DNA from: an uncultured delta proteobacterium
GTDB taxonomy: Bacteria; Myxococcota_A; Polyangia; Polyangiales; Houyiibacteriaceae
Assembly (NCBI GenBank): GCA_963699755.1
Contig: CAVOVB010000001.1
Location: 640,001 to 704,000, forward strand
DNA: 64,000 nucleotides
Direction of reading: 5' to 3'
Of the stretch, positions 21,836 through 31,539 are shown in pieces; positions within the stretch are counted from its first letter, which is position 1; each line of letters starts with the position of its first letter. The notes below the pieces were generated by a model. The model had not been told where the DNA came from. It worked only from the letters and a program-made list of their open reading frames with translations, and did not search any database. Both the position numbers and the translations under genes were made by a program.

Positions 21836-22144
21836 TCAATCTTCGCAGACTTTCAGCGTGACTTGCGTCTCGGCTCCGCCAACTAGCTTGGTCTGGCAAC
21901 AGAGCCGCACCTTGTCAGGAGTGTTACCGAAGATTTCGAGCACTTCGAGCTCGAGCTCCTCTGCTATCGAGAGGACCTCGCCGCCCTCGACGACTTCGAC
22001 CCGGCATGTCCCACAGGTGGCCGCGCGGCATGAATATGGAACGTCCGCTGCCGGGTTCGCGTCGGTGATGTCCATGATCGCTTCGCCCGGCGCGGCGTCC
22101 ACCTCGAAACCGGAGGGTTCGAATCGTACTCGAATCGTGCTCAT
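21836..22144 (-). CDS. [2Fe-2S] ferredoxin
   Basis: YSCRAATCGTC...RLCCQ; ATGA-coupled to P450. Confidence 0.88.
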   Translation of the reverse strand: MSTIRVRFEPSGFEVDAAPGEAIMDITDANPAADVPYSCRAATCGTCRVEVVEGGEVLSIAEELELEVLEIFGNTPDKVRLCCQTKLVGGAETQVTLKVCED

Positions 22145-23373
22145 GCTCTGATGTGGATCGGGATCTTCATGAAGCCACGAGTAAATGCCGATTGCCGTCG
22201 CTCGGCGCGGTCCCAGTCGATTTCGAAGTGCTCGCCGATACGTGAGCCCATCTCTTCGAAATAGATGCGAATCATCATTCGCGCGACGTGCGCGCCGATG
22301 CAAAAGTGTGGGCCCTGTGCAAAGGACAGGTGACGGTCGATTTTGCGGTGGATGTCCAGCTCGTCCGCGTTGTCACCCCAGTGACGCGGATCACGGTTGC
22401 CGGAGGCGTACAGGTTGTGGACCTTGCTGCCGGCGGGAATCGTCGTGCCATGGAGCTCGACGTCTTCGGTGGTCGTGCGCGAAAGCCCCTGGACGACCGA
22501 TTCGATCCGGAGCAACTCTTCGATCGCGTTCGGGATGAGCGCGGGATCTGCCAAGAGCTCGCGGTGCTGATCGGGGTAATCGTGCAGAAACTTCATCGAG
22601 TTGCCGATTAGGTTGGTCGTCGTGTCGTTGCCACCGGCGATCATGACGAAGCAGAAGCCCAGGATGTCCCAGTCGGTCAGCGTCTCGCCATCGACTTCGG
22701 CCTGGGTGAGCTTGCTGATCATGTCGTCCGTCGGATGGGCCCGGCGCGCCTGGCACATGGCGCCAAAGTAGGTGACCAGCCCCTGGACCGCCCCAATCGC
22801 CTGCTGAATATCGAGGGCGAAGTCCGCAGAGGCCGAGGTGATGCCGTCGGACCAGGGGTCGAATTTCTCGCGGTCCTCGGGCGGCACGCCGAGGATGTTG
22901 GCAACCACCATCGTCGGCAGCGGAGACGCTATGGCCTCGATCAAATCGACCTCTTCTCCATCGGCCGACTTCTCTTTCATGGCTTCGACGCCGTCGATCA
23001 CGAACTGGCGGACGGTCGGTTCGAGCTCCTTCACGGTGTCGGGCGTGAACGCTTTGGTGATCAAGCGCCGAAGCCTCGTGTGGTCCGGCGGATCCATCAT
23101 GATGAAGGTTGGTGGAATGCCGAGCTGACTTATCTCGTCCTTGGCCGGCGTGAGGCCCTGGGCGGACGAGAAGGTCTGTGGCTTGCGGAGTGCGTGAAAG
23201 ATGTCGTCGTACCGAGACAAGGCGTAGAAATCCATCCGCGCGTTGTAGTGAACCGGATGCTCATCCCGAAGACGCTCGTAGAACGGATAGGGATCGGCGA
23301 TCAGCTCCGGGTTGAACGGATCGTAGATCGGATCGTATTGGATGCATTCTCCCTTTGTCGCCGAGTCATCCAT
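22141..23373 (-). CDS. Cytochrome P450 (CYP130/CYP123-like)
   Basis: TFSSAQGLT, AGGNDTT, EELLR, FAQGPHFCIG heme motif. Confidence 0.93.
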   Translation of the reverse strand: MDDSATKGECIQYDPIYDPFNPELIADPYPFYERLRDEHPVHYNARMDFYALSRYDDIFHALRKPQTFSSAQGLTPAKDEISQLGIPPTFIMMDPPDHTRLRRLITKAFTPDTVKELEPTVRQFVIDGVEAMKEKSADGEEVDLIEAIASPLPTMVVANILGVPPEDREKFDPWSDGITSASADFALDIQQAIGAVQGLVTYFGAMCQARRAHPTDDMISKLTQAEVDGETLTDWDILGFCFVMIAGGNDTTTNLIGNSMKFLHDYPDQHRELLADPALIPNAIEELLRIESVVQGLSRTTTEDVELHGTTIPAGSKVHNLYASGNRDPRHWGDNADELDIHRKIDRHLSFAQGPHFCIGAHVARMMIRIYFEEMGSRIGEHFEIDWDRAERRQSAFTRGFMKIPIHIRA

Positions 23374-23442
23374 CTGGTCACGCTCCTCAAACAGCCTGGC
23401 TGAGTTTGGCTGGGGAAGGATGGGGGCTCAAGGACTGTGGCC

Positions 23443-23482
23443 AAAAGAAACCGGCGCTAGTCGAGGACCAGCGCCGGTTCTT
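23443..23482 (-). terminator. Intrinsic terminator
   Basis: AACCGGCGCT...AGCGCCGGTT stem plus TCTTTT on the minus strand. Confidence 0.7.
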
Positions 23483-23508
23483 CATCTCGCTTGCGTTGTG
23501 CTGAAACG

Positions 23509-23845
23509 TTAGCCAGCACCGCCGGCGCCACCAGCACCGCCAGCACCACCGCCGCAGCTTGCGAACGCCTCGCCGCATTCACTTTGGATGCACTGGTCAC
23601 AGTCATCACCCGGCGTGGGCGGGCCCGCACAGGGGCCAGGCGGGTCTGCCAACCGGAGCCGGCTCGCCGCTTTCGATAGCCGCCAGGTCATCCGTATTGT
23701 CGCAGGCTGGCGGAATCACCTGAGGAGCGCCGCCCGATCCCGCTGAACCGCCTGCCCCGGCAGTGCCGCCATTGTTTTCGTCTTCGCTGCGGCCGAACGA
23801 GGCGACAGCCAAAGAAAGGCCAATCATCATTACTCTACCAACCAT
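23509..23845 (-). pseudogene. Degraded Gly-rich/Cys-rich lipoprotein gene
   Basis: GGGGAGG RBS; lipobox reads FG-R (CGC for TGC); GGxAG linker; C-terminal CDQCIQSEC part lies in another frame. Confidence 0.55.
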
Positions 23846-23991
23846 AATTACCTCCCCTAATTTAGGTATAGAGAACACGTAGCCTCCTTTTGGAGGCCGC
23901 GCGCGCCGAGTGCTTGGTCGGCTGCCTAACCGCACGGAAATGCACCTCTTGTGGTGGAGCGCTCTGTAGCGGCAGCCGCGTAAAGTACGTG

Positions 23992-25287
23992 TCATGTATC
24001 AAGTGAGAAGCGACTCTCGCCCCGAGGGATTCGGGTGCTGATGCGGCGGATGATCTCGGGCCAGTAGGCTGTATCCAGGGCAAAGAAGGGCTTGCCGGAG
24101 TTCATCAGCGCGACGGAGATGTCCCGCTCAGGATCGGCCCAGGCGAGGATATTGCTCAAGCCCAGATGGCCGAACGCCTTGCCCGCGCGGAAGCCGTAGA
24201 GGCCGAGGGGCTCGGTCCCGAGCATGAAGCCCATCGAATAGGACATCGGCAAGAGGATCATCCGGTCGACCTGGCCCGGTGTCTGCGGTTTGACGGCTCT
24301 GCGAACGGTAGCCTCTGAAAAGACGCGCGTGCCATCGAGCTCGCCGCCCGCGACGAGAAGCTCAAAGAAGCGGCCGATGTCGTTCGTCGTGCCAAAGAGG
24401 TTTGCCGACGGAATGATGCCAGTGCGGAAACGGGGATCGTTGGAAAGCTCGACCAGCTCTTCGACTGAGATACCGAGCGACCTCTTGAAGATATCTCTGA
24501 GTGGCCAGATCAATTTGGGCCCGGTGCATGCATCGAGCGCTGCGTCGGCGAGCCGCTCTTCGGGCAACCCATAATTTAAATAGCCGATTCGGAGCGGTTC
24601 CGATATCTCCCGCTGCAAGAACGCGCGAATATCGCGGCCCGTGATGCGCTGTATGAGCTCGGCGAAGATGAAACCGCTGGTGACTGCATGATAAGCGGGC
24701 ACTGTCCCCGGTCGGTAACTAGGTTCGAGCTCGTAAATCATTTCCAAGATTCGCTGCGGGTCTTGCAACATGTTTAGGTCGGCAGCGTCGGTAGGCGCGG
24801 CTGGAATGCCGCCACGATGTGTCAGCAAGTCGCGGATCGTGATCCGCCCTTTTCGTTTCCGCGCGAACTCCGGAATGAACGTGGCCACCGGTTCATCGAC
24901 GTGAAGTAGCTCGCGCTCGGCGAGCAGGTGAATGAGCATCGCTGTCACGGCCTTCGAGCCGGAAAAGAAATTGAAGAGGGTTCTCGTCGTGGCGGGGACG
25001 AGCTCTGCATCTTTGGGATCGTTGGGTGCGTTGCCGCGTGCATGCCCGATGACGCGGTCGAGGACGACCTCACCGCGCCGCCGGATGCAGAGCCCGAGCG
25101 CGGGGTGAAATCCAGTTCGATAGAAGTCGACGACGGCGCTCCAGATCGACTCGATGTCTTCGCGGCGCAGGCCGACCGAGGCCGGATCGACCTCTGCGGA
25201 ACCCCGGGAGGTCACGTCATCGGGAACGAACACGCGAACGCGCCTCGACGACAAACCCCGGATCTTCAAGCCTCTCAGTCGTTCCAT
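23992..25287 (-). CDS. Serine hydrolase, beta-lactamase/EstB-LipE family
   Basis: FSGSK (SxxK), LLTHRGG, YHA, FGHLG. Confidence 0.88.
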   Translation of the reverse strand: MERLRGLKIRGLSSRRVRVFVPDDVTSRGSAEVDPASVGLRREDIESIWSAVVDFYRTGFHPALGLCIRRRGEVVLDRVIGHARGNAPNDPKDAELVPATTRTLFNFFSGSKAVTAMLIHLLAERELLHVDEPVATFIPEFARKRKGRITIRDLLTHRGGIPAAPTDAADLNMLQDPQRILEMIYELEPSYRPGTVPAYHAVTSGFIFAELIQRITGRDIRAFLQREISEPLRIGYLNYGLPEERLADAALDACTGPKLIWPLRDIFKRSLGISVEELVELSNDPRFRTGIIPSANLFGTTNDIGRFFELLVAGGELDGTRVFSEATVRRAVKPQTPGQVDRMILLPMSYSMGFMLGTEPLGLYGFRAGKAFGHLGLSNILAWADPERDISVALMNSGKPFFALDTAYWPEIIRRISTRIPRGESRFSLDT

Positions 25288-25295
25288 CGCGAAAG

Positions 25296-26672
25296 CTAAC
25301 GGAACCGCACTTCTGCCTGCATCCCGCGTTCGCCCGGATGCATCGAGAGCTCGGTGACGAAGTCCGGCTCGAAGCCCTCGCAGAGGTTCGGTTCAACGCG
25401 CTGGACCAGCGTGGCGAGGATCATCCGCATCTCCATCATGGCGAACTGCTTGCCTATACAGACGCGCGGCCCCCCGGCGAACGGAACATAGGCACCGCGG
25501 GGCAGGCGCCGCTCAAACTCACGGGTCCAGCGCTCCGGCCGAAACTCCATTGGGTCGTCGTAGTACTTGCGGTTACGACCCATCGCGATGTGGCTGATGG
25601 TGATGGTCTGGCCCTTCTTGATCTCGTAGCCCTCGATGACCAGGTCCCGCTGCGCTTGGCGGGCGTACGCCCATACCGAGGGCAGCAGCCGAAGGGACTC
25701 CTTCACGACCATCTCGAGGTATGGAAGGTTTGGAAGGTCTTCGACCTCGGTACCCCTGCCATTTAGGACGCGGCGGAGCTCTTCGCGCAGCTTGGCGAGC
25801 TCGTTCCGATTCTTCGCCAAGAGGTACCAGGTCCAGGTCAGCGCATGCGCCGTCGTCTCGTGCCCCGCGAAGATCAAAGTCATCGCCTCGTCGCGAAGCT
25901 GCTTGTCAGACATCCGTCCTTGCTCGTCTTCGACGAACACCATGTGCGAAAAGAGGTCGCCGCGATCCTTCTCGTTGCTCAGGCGCTCCTGATGCGCGTG
26001 CTCGATGATCGCTTCGATCTTCGCGATCGCGCGCTTCTTTCGCCGATTCTCCCTGCTGGGCCACCAGTCGGGCCGCGGGAGCATCTTGTCGGCGTCCGTC
26101 ACCAGGATCTCGCTGATATCAGCCAGGGCGTCCCGAATCGTCGCGGAGTCACCCTCCCCGATGTCGATGTCGAACAAGGTGTCGGCGACCACCTCGAGGG
26201 CAAGCGCGTTGAGCTCGAGGCGCATGTCTCTGCGTTCGCCCTCTTTCCATCGATTGAGCATTCGCTCCGTGAATGCGACCATCGTCGGCGCGTAGGCGTC
26301 CACGCGCTTCTTGTGGAAACCAGGCAGGATGAGCTTGTGCTGTCGCTTCCAGGACTCTCCGTCGTTCGGCACCAGGCCGTTTCCGAGAAACGGCTTCCAC
26401 ATCATCTTGATGTAGTCCGGCTTGTAGAAGTCCGCCCAGTGCGTGACGTTGATCGCGTAGACCACGGCGGGATCGCGCACAAACACGAGGTCACGCAGCA
26501 AGGCGCGAGAGACGAATACGTCACCGTACTCGGCATGGCCGTCGATCAGGAAGCCCGAGCGATCGTGTGCCAGGTCCATCAAGCATCCCCAAAACCAATG
26601 CCCCTTCATCCGGGGGATCGCCCTGCTGGGAACTGAGCTAGGGCTGGCCTGCGCTGCGGCTTCGGCGGTCAC
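25296..26672 (-). CDS. Cytochrome P450
   Basis: AGHETT, ESLR, FRPERW, FAGGPRVCIG. Confidence 0.95.
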   Translation of the reverse strand: MTAEAAAQASPSSVPSRAIPRMKGHWFWGCLMDLAHDRSGFLIDGHAEYGDVFVSRALLRDLVFVRDPAVVYAINVTHWADFYKPDYIKMMWKPFLGNGLVPNDGESWKRQHKLILPGFHKKRVDAYAPTMVAFTERMLNRWKEGERRDMRLELNALALEVVADTLFDIDIGEGDSATIRDALADISEILVTDADKMLPRPDWWPSRENRRKKRAIAKIEAIIEHAHQERLSNEKDRGDLFSHMVFVEDEQGRMSDKQLRDEAMTLIFAGHETTAHALTWTWYLLAKNRNELAKLREELRRVLNGRGTEVEDLPNLPYLEMVVKESLRLLPSVWAYARQAQRDLVIEGYEIKKGQTITISHIAMGRNRKYYDDPMEFRPERWTREFERRLPRGAYVPFAGGPRVCIGKQFAMMEMRMILATLVQRVEPNLCEGFEPDFVTELSMHPGERGMQAEVRFR

Positions 26673-26872
26673 GTAGTTCGTCTCATCCTCGCTTATCTGT
26701 TTGTAAACCTAGGGTGGAGGCGTTCGCAACCAGTTCCTTCGCCACAATTTCGGGCCCGCCCTCGAGAAGCGACGGAAACGGCTATATCAGAGTCGAGCCT
26801 CTGGCTTCCGACGCGGCAGCATTGGGCTGCAACGCCCTTTACGCGGGCATCGGGGCCGACTATACGATTCGT

Positions 26873-27352
26873 ATGAAGAATCTTTCTCTTGGGCTGGTCC
26901 TGCTTTTGAGCGCGGGCTTCGTCGTGATCGGCTGCGGCAGCAGCGATGGCGCAGTGAGCGCTTGCGAAGGCGGTCAGGTCGATTGCGACGGGGTCTGTAT
27001 CGATCCCATCGCGCCGACGCTCGCAGCGATTCAGTCGGAGATTTTCGAGGGCCGCGGCTGCGCCGCGAGCACATGTCACGATGCCGACCAACCAGAAGCG
27101 AGTCTAGACCTGAGCTCCGCGGCAGAGTCTGGAATGAACCTCATCGGCGTCAACTCGGTACAACTCACACAAGTCCTGCGCGTCGACCCAGGCGATAGCA
27201 ACGCATCATACCTGATGAACAAGATCCTAGGCGAAGGCATGGCCCTCGGGACGCTTCGGATGCCGTTTAACATCGGGGGGGACGTGGTCCTATGCGAACC
27301 GGAGATCAGCGCGATTCGTCAGTGGATCGACGACGGCGCGCCCGTGAACTGA
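26873..27352 (+). CDS. Lipoprotein with Cys-rich repeat and cytochrome-c-like domain (atypical CxxxxCH)
   Basis: VIGC lipobox; CEGGQVDCDGVC; CAASTCH...RMP...IRQWIDDGA. Confidence 0.65.
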   Translation: MKNLSLGLVLLLSAGFVVIGCGSSDGAVSACEGGQVDCDGVCIDPIAPTLAAIQSEIFEGRGCAASTCHDADQPEASLDLSSAAESGMNLIGVNSVQLTQVLRVDPGDSNASYLMNKILGEGMALGTLRMPFNIGGDVVLCEPEISAIRQWIDDGAPVN

Positions 27353-27434
27353 CCCGAGCATCGAAACCCGAGGAAACGGGCGCTCGCCTTCCGGAAGGAG
27401 ATGCGCGCGCGCCAAAGCGCGTTATGATCGCGCC

Positions 27435-27824
27435 ATGACCGCCATCGATGAGCTGGGCAAAGCCCGATACGTGAACCTCGAAACCTTCCGAAAGAACGGA
27501 ACGGGCGTGCAAACGCCGGTCTGGGTGGGCCGCGATCGGAACGAGCTGGTGATTTTCACGAACGGCGACTCGTACAAGGTGAAGCGATTGCGGCGAAACC
27601 CGAAGATCCGAATCGCGGCCTGTAATGTCCGCGGCGGGTTGAAAGGTCCTTGGCACGAAGGCACGGCGCGGCTCGTCGAGGACGAAGCGGAGAAACAATC
27701 GGTTCTCCAGGCGCTCCGCAAGAAGTATGGCTGGCAAATGATGTTGGCCGACTGGGGCGGACGGCTCCGCGGCTCGAAGAAGAATTGGGCCTTCATCGCG
27801 GTTCGACTCGACGGCAATGAATAA
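27435..27824 (+). CDS. PPOX-class putative F420-dependent oxidoreductase
   Basis: LETFRKNGTGVQTPVW, KVKRLRRNP, KKYG. Confidence 0.85.
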   Translation: MTAIDELGKARYVNLETFRKNGTGVQTPVWVGRDRNELVIFTNGDSYKVKRLRRNPKIRIAACNVRGGLKGPWHEGTARLVEDEAEKQSVLQALRKKYGWQMMLADWGGRLRGSKKNWAFIAVRLDGNE

Positions 27825-28893
27825 GGTCCTCCCCCCCAAGGTCCGAACCGTCATGCGGCTCCTCCTATTTCTTCTGCTCGCTTCTGGAATTCCTGGGTTT
27901 GCCCTCGCGCAAGACGCGGCCGAGGGAGACGACGTTCGCTCCGCGGACGAGATCCCCGAAGACATGCCCGCGCCGCCGGAGGATGCGCCGCCTGCCGAAG
28001 CGCCGGCCGTCGACGGGACCGATGAACGACCTCCTCATCCCGAGACACCCGAGCCACTCGAAGAACAGCAACCCTCTGCGGATCTCCTTGCGAAGACTTC
28101 GTATCATTGGTTACCCGGGCACTGGATATGGACGGGAGAGCAGTTCGAATGGAAGAGCGGTGAGTGGATCTACAAGGTCAAGGACATGATCTTGGTGCCG
28201 CCGCGCTGGGAATGGGACGGCAAGCAGTGGGTGTTCTACGATGCAGGCTGGGCGAAGCCGGGAACGAAGAAGGCCGTCTACAGCGCGACGTCCGCTCCTG
28301 GAGGTCCCGACGTGGCAGCCAATGCGGAGCAGGCGCCGGCCGCCACGACCCAAGAGCCTGTTCACCAAGTCTCGACGACAACCGTCTACGTCTGGACGGG
28401 CGTGTACGTTCCGCCGCTGATTCTCTTTCCGATTTGGCACCCTTGGTATCACTATCACTGGTATCACAGGTACCCGGCGTATCGGCGGCCGCCCGCGTAC
28501 CGTAGCGCGCGCTATCACTACTCGTACACTCACCGACCTGCATACCGCCCTCCGCCGCAGGCCCGCCCTCCGGGCCATGGCGGCAGGCCGCCGAGCACTG
28601 GGCGACCCCCGAATCAAGGCGGCAGGCCACCGAGCAGCGCTAGGCCACCCAACCAAGGGGGTGGCTCCCGGCCGGAGACCAAGCCAGGCAACCGTCCGTC
28701 GCAGCAACCTGCGACGAGGCCTTCCCAGCAGCCTTCGGCCAGACCAGCGCAGCAGCCCTCGGCCAGGCCAGCTCAGCGGCCTTCGACAAGACCGGCGCAG
28801 CAGCCGAGCACCAGACCCTCAACCCAGCCTTCCAATCGCGGAAGCAGCGGCCGTCGGAGCGGCGGCGGCCGACGAGGTGGCGGCCGCCGCTAA
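27817..28893 (+). CDS. Secreted YXWGXW-repeat protein with Pro/Gln/Arg-rich tail
   Basis: Signal peptide; YHWLPGHWIWTG, PPRWEWDG repeats. Confidence 0.75.
   Translation: MNKVLPPKVRTVMRLLLFLLLASGIPGFALAQDAAEGDDVRSADEIPEDMPAPPEDAPPAEAPAVDGTDERPPHPETPEPLEEQQPSADLLAKTSYHWLPGHWIWTGEQFEWKSGEWIYKVKDMILVPPRWEWDGKQWVFYDAGWAKPGTKKAVYSATSAPGGPDVAANAEQAPAATTQEPVHQVSTTTVYVWTGVYVPPLILFPIWHPWYHYHWYHRYPAYRRPPAYRSARYHYSYTHRPAYRPPPQARPPGHGGRPPSTGRPPNQGGRPPSSARPPNQGGGSRPETKPGNRPSQQPATRPSQQPSARPAQQPSARPAQRPSTRPAQQPSTRPSTQPSNRGSSGRRSGGGRRGGGRR
28693..28840 (+). repeat. Coding 24-bp degenerate tandem repeat (RP[S/A]QQPS[A/T])
   Basis: About six 8-aa units in the translation. Confidence 0.75.
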
Positions 28894-28903
28894 CCGAGCG
28901 CGA

Positions 28904-29659
28904 CTAGTCCCGCCGCCGAACCAGGACGCCGGCGTAGGGCGCCAACCACCATTGGGAGGCTCCGAAGAAGTTGCCCTTGCCGGTGAAGGAGTACTGGAAG
29001 CCGACGTCGATGTAGACGCCGCTTTTTTTAACCTCGAAACCAAGCCCAGCCTTGCCGGTGAACCCCGGAGTGAAGCGGTACACGGAGTACTCGCTGCAGT
29101 ACCAGTAGCCACAGCCAACGGCAGTCTCCGCAAAGTTCCAGAAGTTCATGTCGAAGGAGCCCGTGATATACGGAAGGACGACCTTGAGGTCCGGAACCTG
29201 AAAGCGAACCTCGGGGAGCGAGAGGTAAATGCGGGTTAGCGGGCGGCGTCCGGACAAGATGGTCCCACCGACGTTCACACCATTCAAGTCGATAGGCATC
29301 CATTGCAGACCCACGTCACCACCGATGACGAACCAACCAAAGTCTGCGCCGCCGAAGAAAAAGATGTTGGCGCCGGGACGAACGACGTCGCGGGGCACGT
29401 CGAGGGCGATCGGAACGCCGATCCCAAGCGACCAAGTGAAGCCCACGTCGAGACCTTTCTGCTGATCTGCTTCTTGAAGGGCCGGATACGGGGTCGTGGA
29501 GACCATTTGGTCCGGTGGGGCCGGCGGCGGTGCGGGCGCAGCAGTGGCACCGGTGTAGCCACCTTCCTGTGTTGATGGGTCCCACTGGGCGGATGCAAGC
29601 GTGGCGGGCAGCCAAAGCGCGATCAGAAGCGCCGTCGATCGTAATCCAGTCATCCTCAT
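28904..29659 (-). CDS. Outer-membrane beta-barrel-like protein
   Basis: GGAGG RBS, signal peptide, alternating Gly/aromatic beta-strands. Confidence 0.6.
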   Translation of the reverse strand: MRMTGLRSTALLIALWLPATLASAQWDPSTQEGGYTGATAAPAPPPAPPDQMVSTTPYPALQEADQQKGLDVGFTWSLGIGVPIALDVPRDVVRPGANIFFFGGADFGWFVIGGDVGLQWMPIDLNGVNVGGTILSGRRPLTRIYLSLPEVRFQVPDLKVVLPYITGSFDMNFWNFAETAVGCGYWYCSEYSVYRFTPGFTGKAGLGFEVKKSGVYIDVGFQYSFTGKGNFFGASQWWLAPYAGVLVRRRD

Positions 29660-29811
29660 TTCAACCTCCGCGGTCGACAGGACCCTATAGCGAGAAGCAA
29701 CTATATTCAACGCCCCAAGCCGCCTTGAGCGCCTATGAGACTTCGACTAGGCCTTGCGTTTGCTCGGGGTCGGTCGGCAGGCCCCTCGATCGAGTTCCAA
29801 GGGATTTTATT

Positions 29812-31539
29812 ATGCAAATTGAAGCGCAACGCCGTCAGCTACAGCTGACCGCGACTTTCTTGATCACGGTGACGCTCGGTTCACTCTTGCCGCTGTCAAC
29901 ACTGGGGCAGGACACCCCGTCCGCAGAGCAGAAGGGCGCTTCGGGCCAGATCCAAGAGCTGGTGGCCGACCTGAAGCAACGCGGTGCGGTTCTCAACCAG
30001 CTGCAGCGAAGGGTCGAAGAAGATCCGGATGGGGCCGCCTCGGCGATGCTCGAGAAGGAGATTTCGGACCGTAGGGCTCGATACCGACGGGACGTCGCAA
30101 AGCTCGTGCAGCTCGTCGTCGACGCAGAGGACGCAGGAGCCGAAGCCGCGCAAGGTCGCTCGACTGCGACCGAACTTCTCCAAAGAGACGCGCGCGCGAT
30201 GCGCGAAAAGCTAGAAGAGACCGGGAGGGCGTCCGTCGCGCTGGTCGATGTCGCGGCCAAAGGCACCCTAGACGAAGCGCAAAAGGCGCGCAGCGAGCTC
30301 AGTCGAAGACTTTCGACTTCAAGCCGCTTGATCAAGTACCTGGATACGAACATCGACCAGCAGGAGATGCTCGGTCTCGACGTGAAAGCGGACATCGAAT
30401 ACCTCGTCGCGCATCTCCAGCTCCGCGCTGACATGACCGCCGGAGTGCTGCAGAGCACCAAGGCAGAGATCGACGAGATCGCCGCAGGCGCTGGGGCGGA
30501 CGCGGATGCCGAGGCGCAGAAGCAGCTGGCTTCCCTGAAGAAGCAACGAGACGCGCTCGCCGAAAGCCAACGCGTAAACGTCCAATTAATGGACGAATAC
30601 GGGCTCGAGACCGCCCAGCTCAGGCAGGGGATCATCGTCGCGACGGGGAAGCTCTCGCAGGATATCTTCGACAAGGACGTTGCTTCAGGCCTCGTGGAAT
30701 CATGGTTTGCCAATGCTAGCGATTGGTTTCGGAGCAACGGGGCGTCTCTCGTCTTTCAGGTGCTGGCGTTCGTGTTGGTGCTGTTCGCGTTCTTCATCGC
30801 AGCGCGGATCGGGCGAGGGCTGATGCGGCGCGCCATTGACCGCTCGAACCTCGACGTGTCGAGCTTAGCAAGGGAATTCTTTATCAAGATGACGGGACGA
30901 CTGATCCTGCTCTTCGGGTTCATCATCGCGATTGCGCAGCTCGGGGTCGAAGTCGCCCCCTTGCTCGCCGGCCTTGGCATCGCGGGCTTCATCATCGGCT
31001 TCGCCTTGCAAGACACGCTATCGAACTTCGCATCCGGGATGATGATTCTCGTATACCGTCCGTTTGATGTAGGCGACGTCGTCGAGGCAGGCGGCGTCAC
31101 GGGCAAGGTCAACAAGATGAACCTGGTGTCCACCATGGTACTGACGTTTGACAACCAGCTGCTGGTCGTGCCGAACAAGCAGATCTGGGGAGGCGTCATT
31201 CGCAACGTCACCCATCAAGACACGCGGCGCGTGGACATGACGTTTGGCATCGGATACTCCGATGACGTTCCCAAAGCCGAGAAGGTGCTAGCCGAGATCG
31301 TCGCGAGGCACGACAAAGTGCTGAAGGATCCGGAGCCCGTCATCCGACTGAACGAGCTCGGCGACTCTTCGGTGAACTTCATCGTCCGACCTTGGGCGAA
31401 AACCAGTGACTACTGGGAAGTCTATTGGGACATCACGAGGGCGGTGAAACAACGGTTCGACGAAGAAGGTATTTCGATTCCGTTTCCGCAGCGCGATGTG
31501 CACATCTATCGCGAAGATGGCGACGGCGGTGAGGCCTAG
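29812..31539 (+). CDS. mscS: Mechanosensitive channel, MscS family, with periplasmic coiled-coil
   Basis: GFALQDTLSNFASG, RPFDVGDVV, VPNKQI, GISIPFPQRDV. Confidence 0.9.
   Translation: MQIEAQRRQLQLTATFLITVTLGSLLPLSTLGQDTPSAEQKGASGQIQELVADLKQRGAVLNQLQRRVEEDPDGAASAMLEKEISDRRARYRRDVAKLVQLVVDAEDAGAEAAQGRSTATELLQRDARAMREKLEETGRASVALVDVAAKGTLDEAQKARSELSRRLSTSSRLIKYLDTNIDQQEMLGLDVKADIEYLVAHLQLRADMTAGVLQSTKAEIDEIAAGAGADADAEAQKQLASLKKQRDALAESQRVNVQLMDEYGLETAQLRQGIIVATGKLSQDIFDKDVASGLVESWFANASDWFRSNGASLVFQVLAFVLVLFAFFIAARIGRGLMRRAIDRSNLDVSSLAREFFIKMTGRLILLFGFIIAIAQLGVEVAPLLAGLGIAGFIIGFALQDTLSNFASGMMILVYRPFDVGDVVEAGGVTGKVNKMNLVSTMVLTFDNQLLVVPNKQIWGGVIRNVTHQDTRRVDMTFGIGYSDDVPKAEKVLAEIVARHDKVLKDPEPVIRLNELGDSSVNFIVRPWAKTSDYWEVYWDITRAVKQRFDEEGISIPFPQRDVHIYREDGDGGEA

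Noticed and set aside
25296..26672. P450 as sterol 14-demethylase CYP51
   Set aside because: It has AGHETT and FAGGPRVC rather than the CYP51-type AGxHTS and FGxGRHRC.
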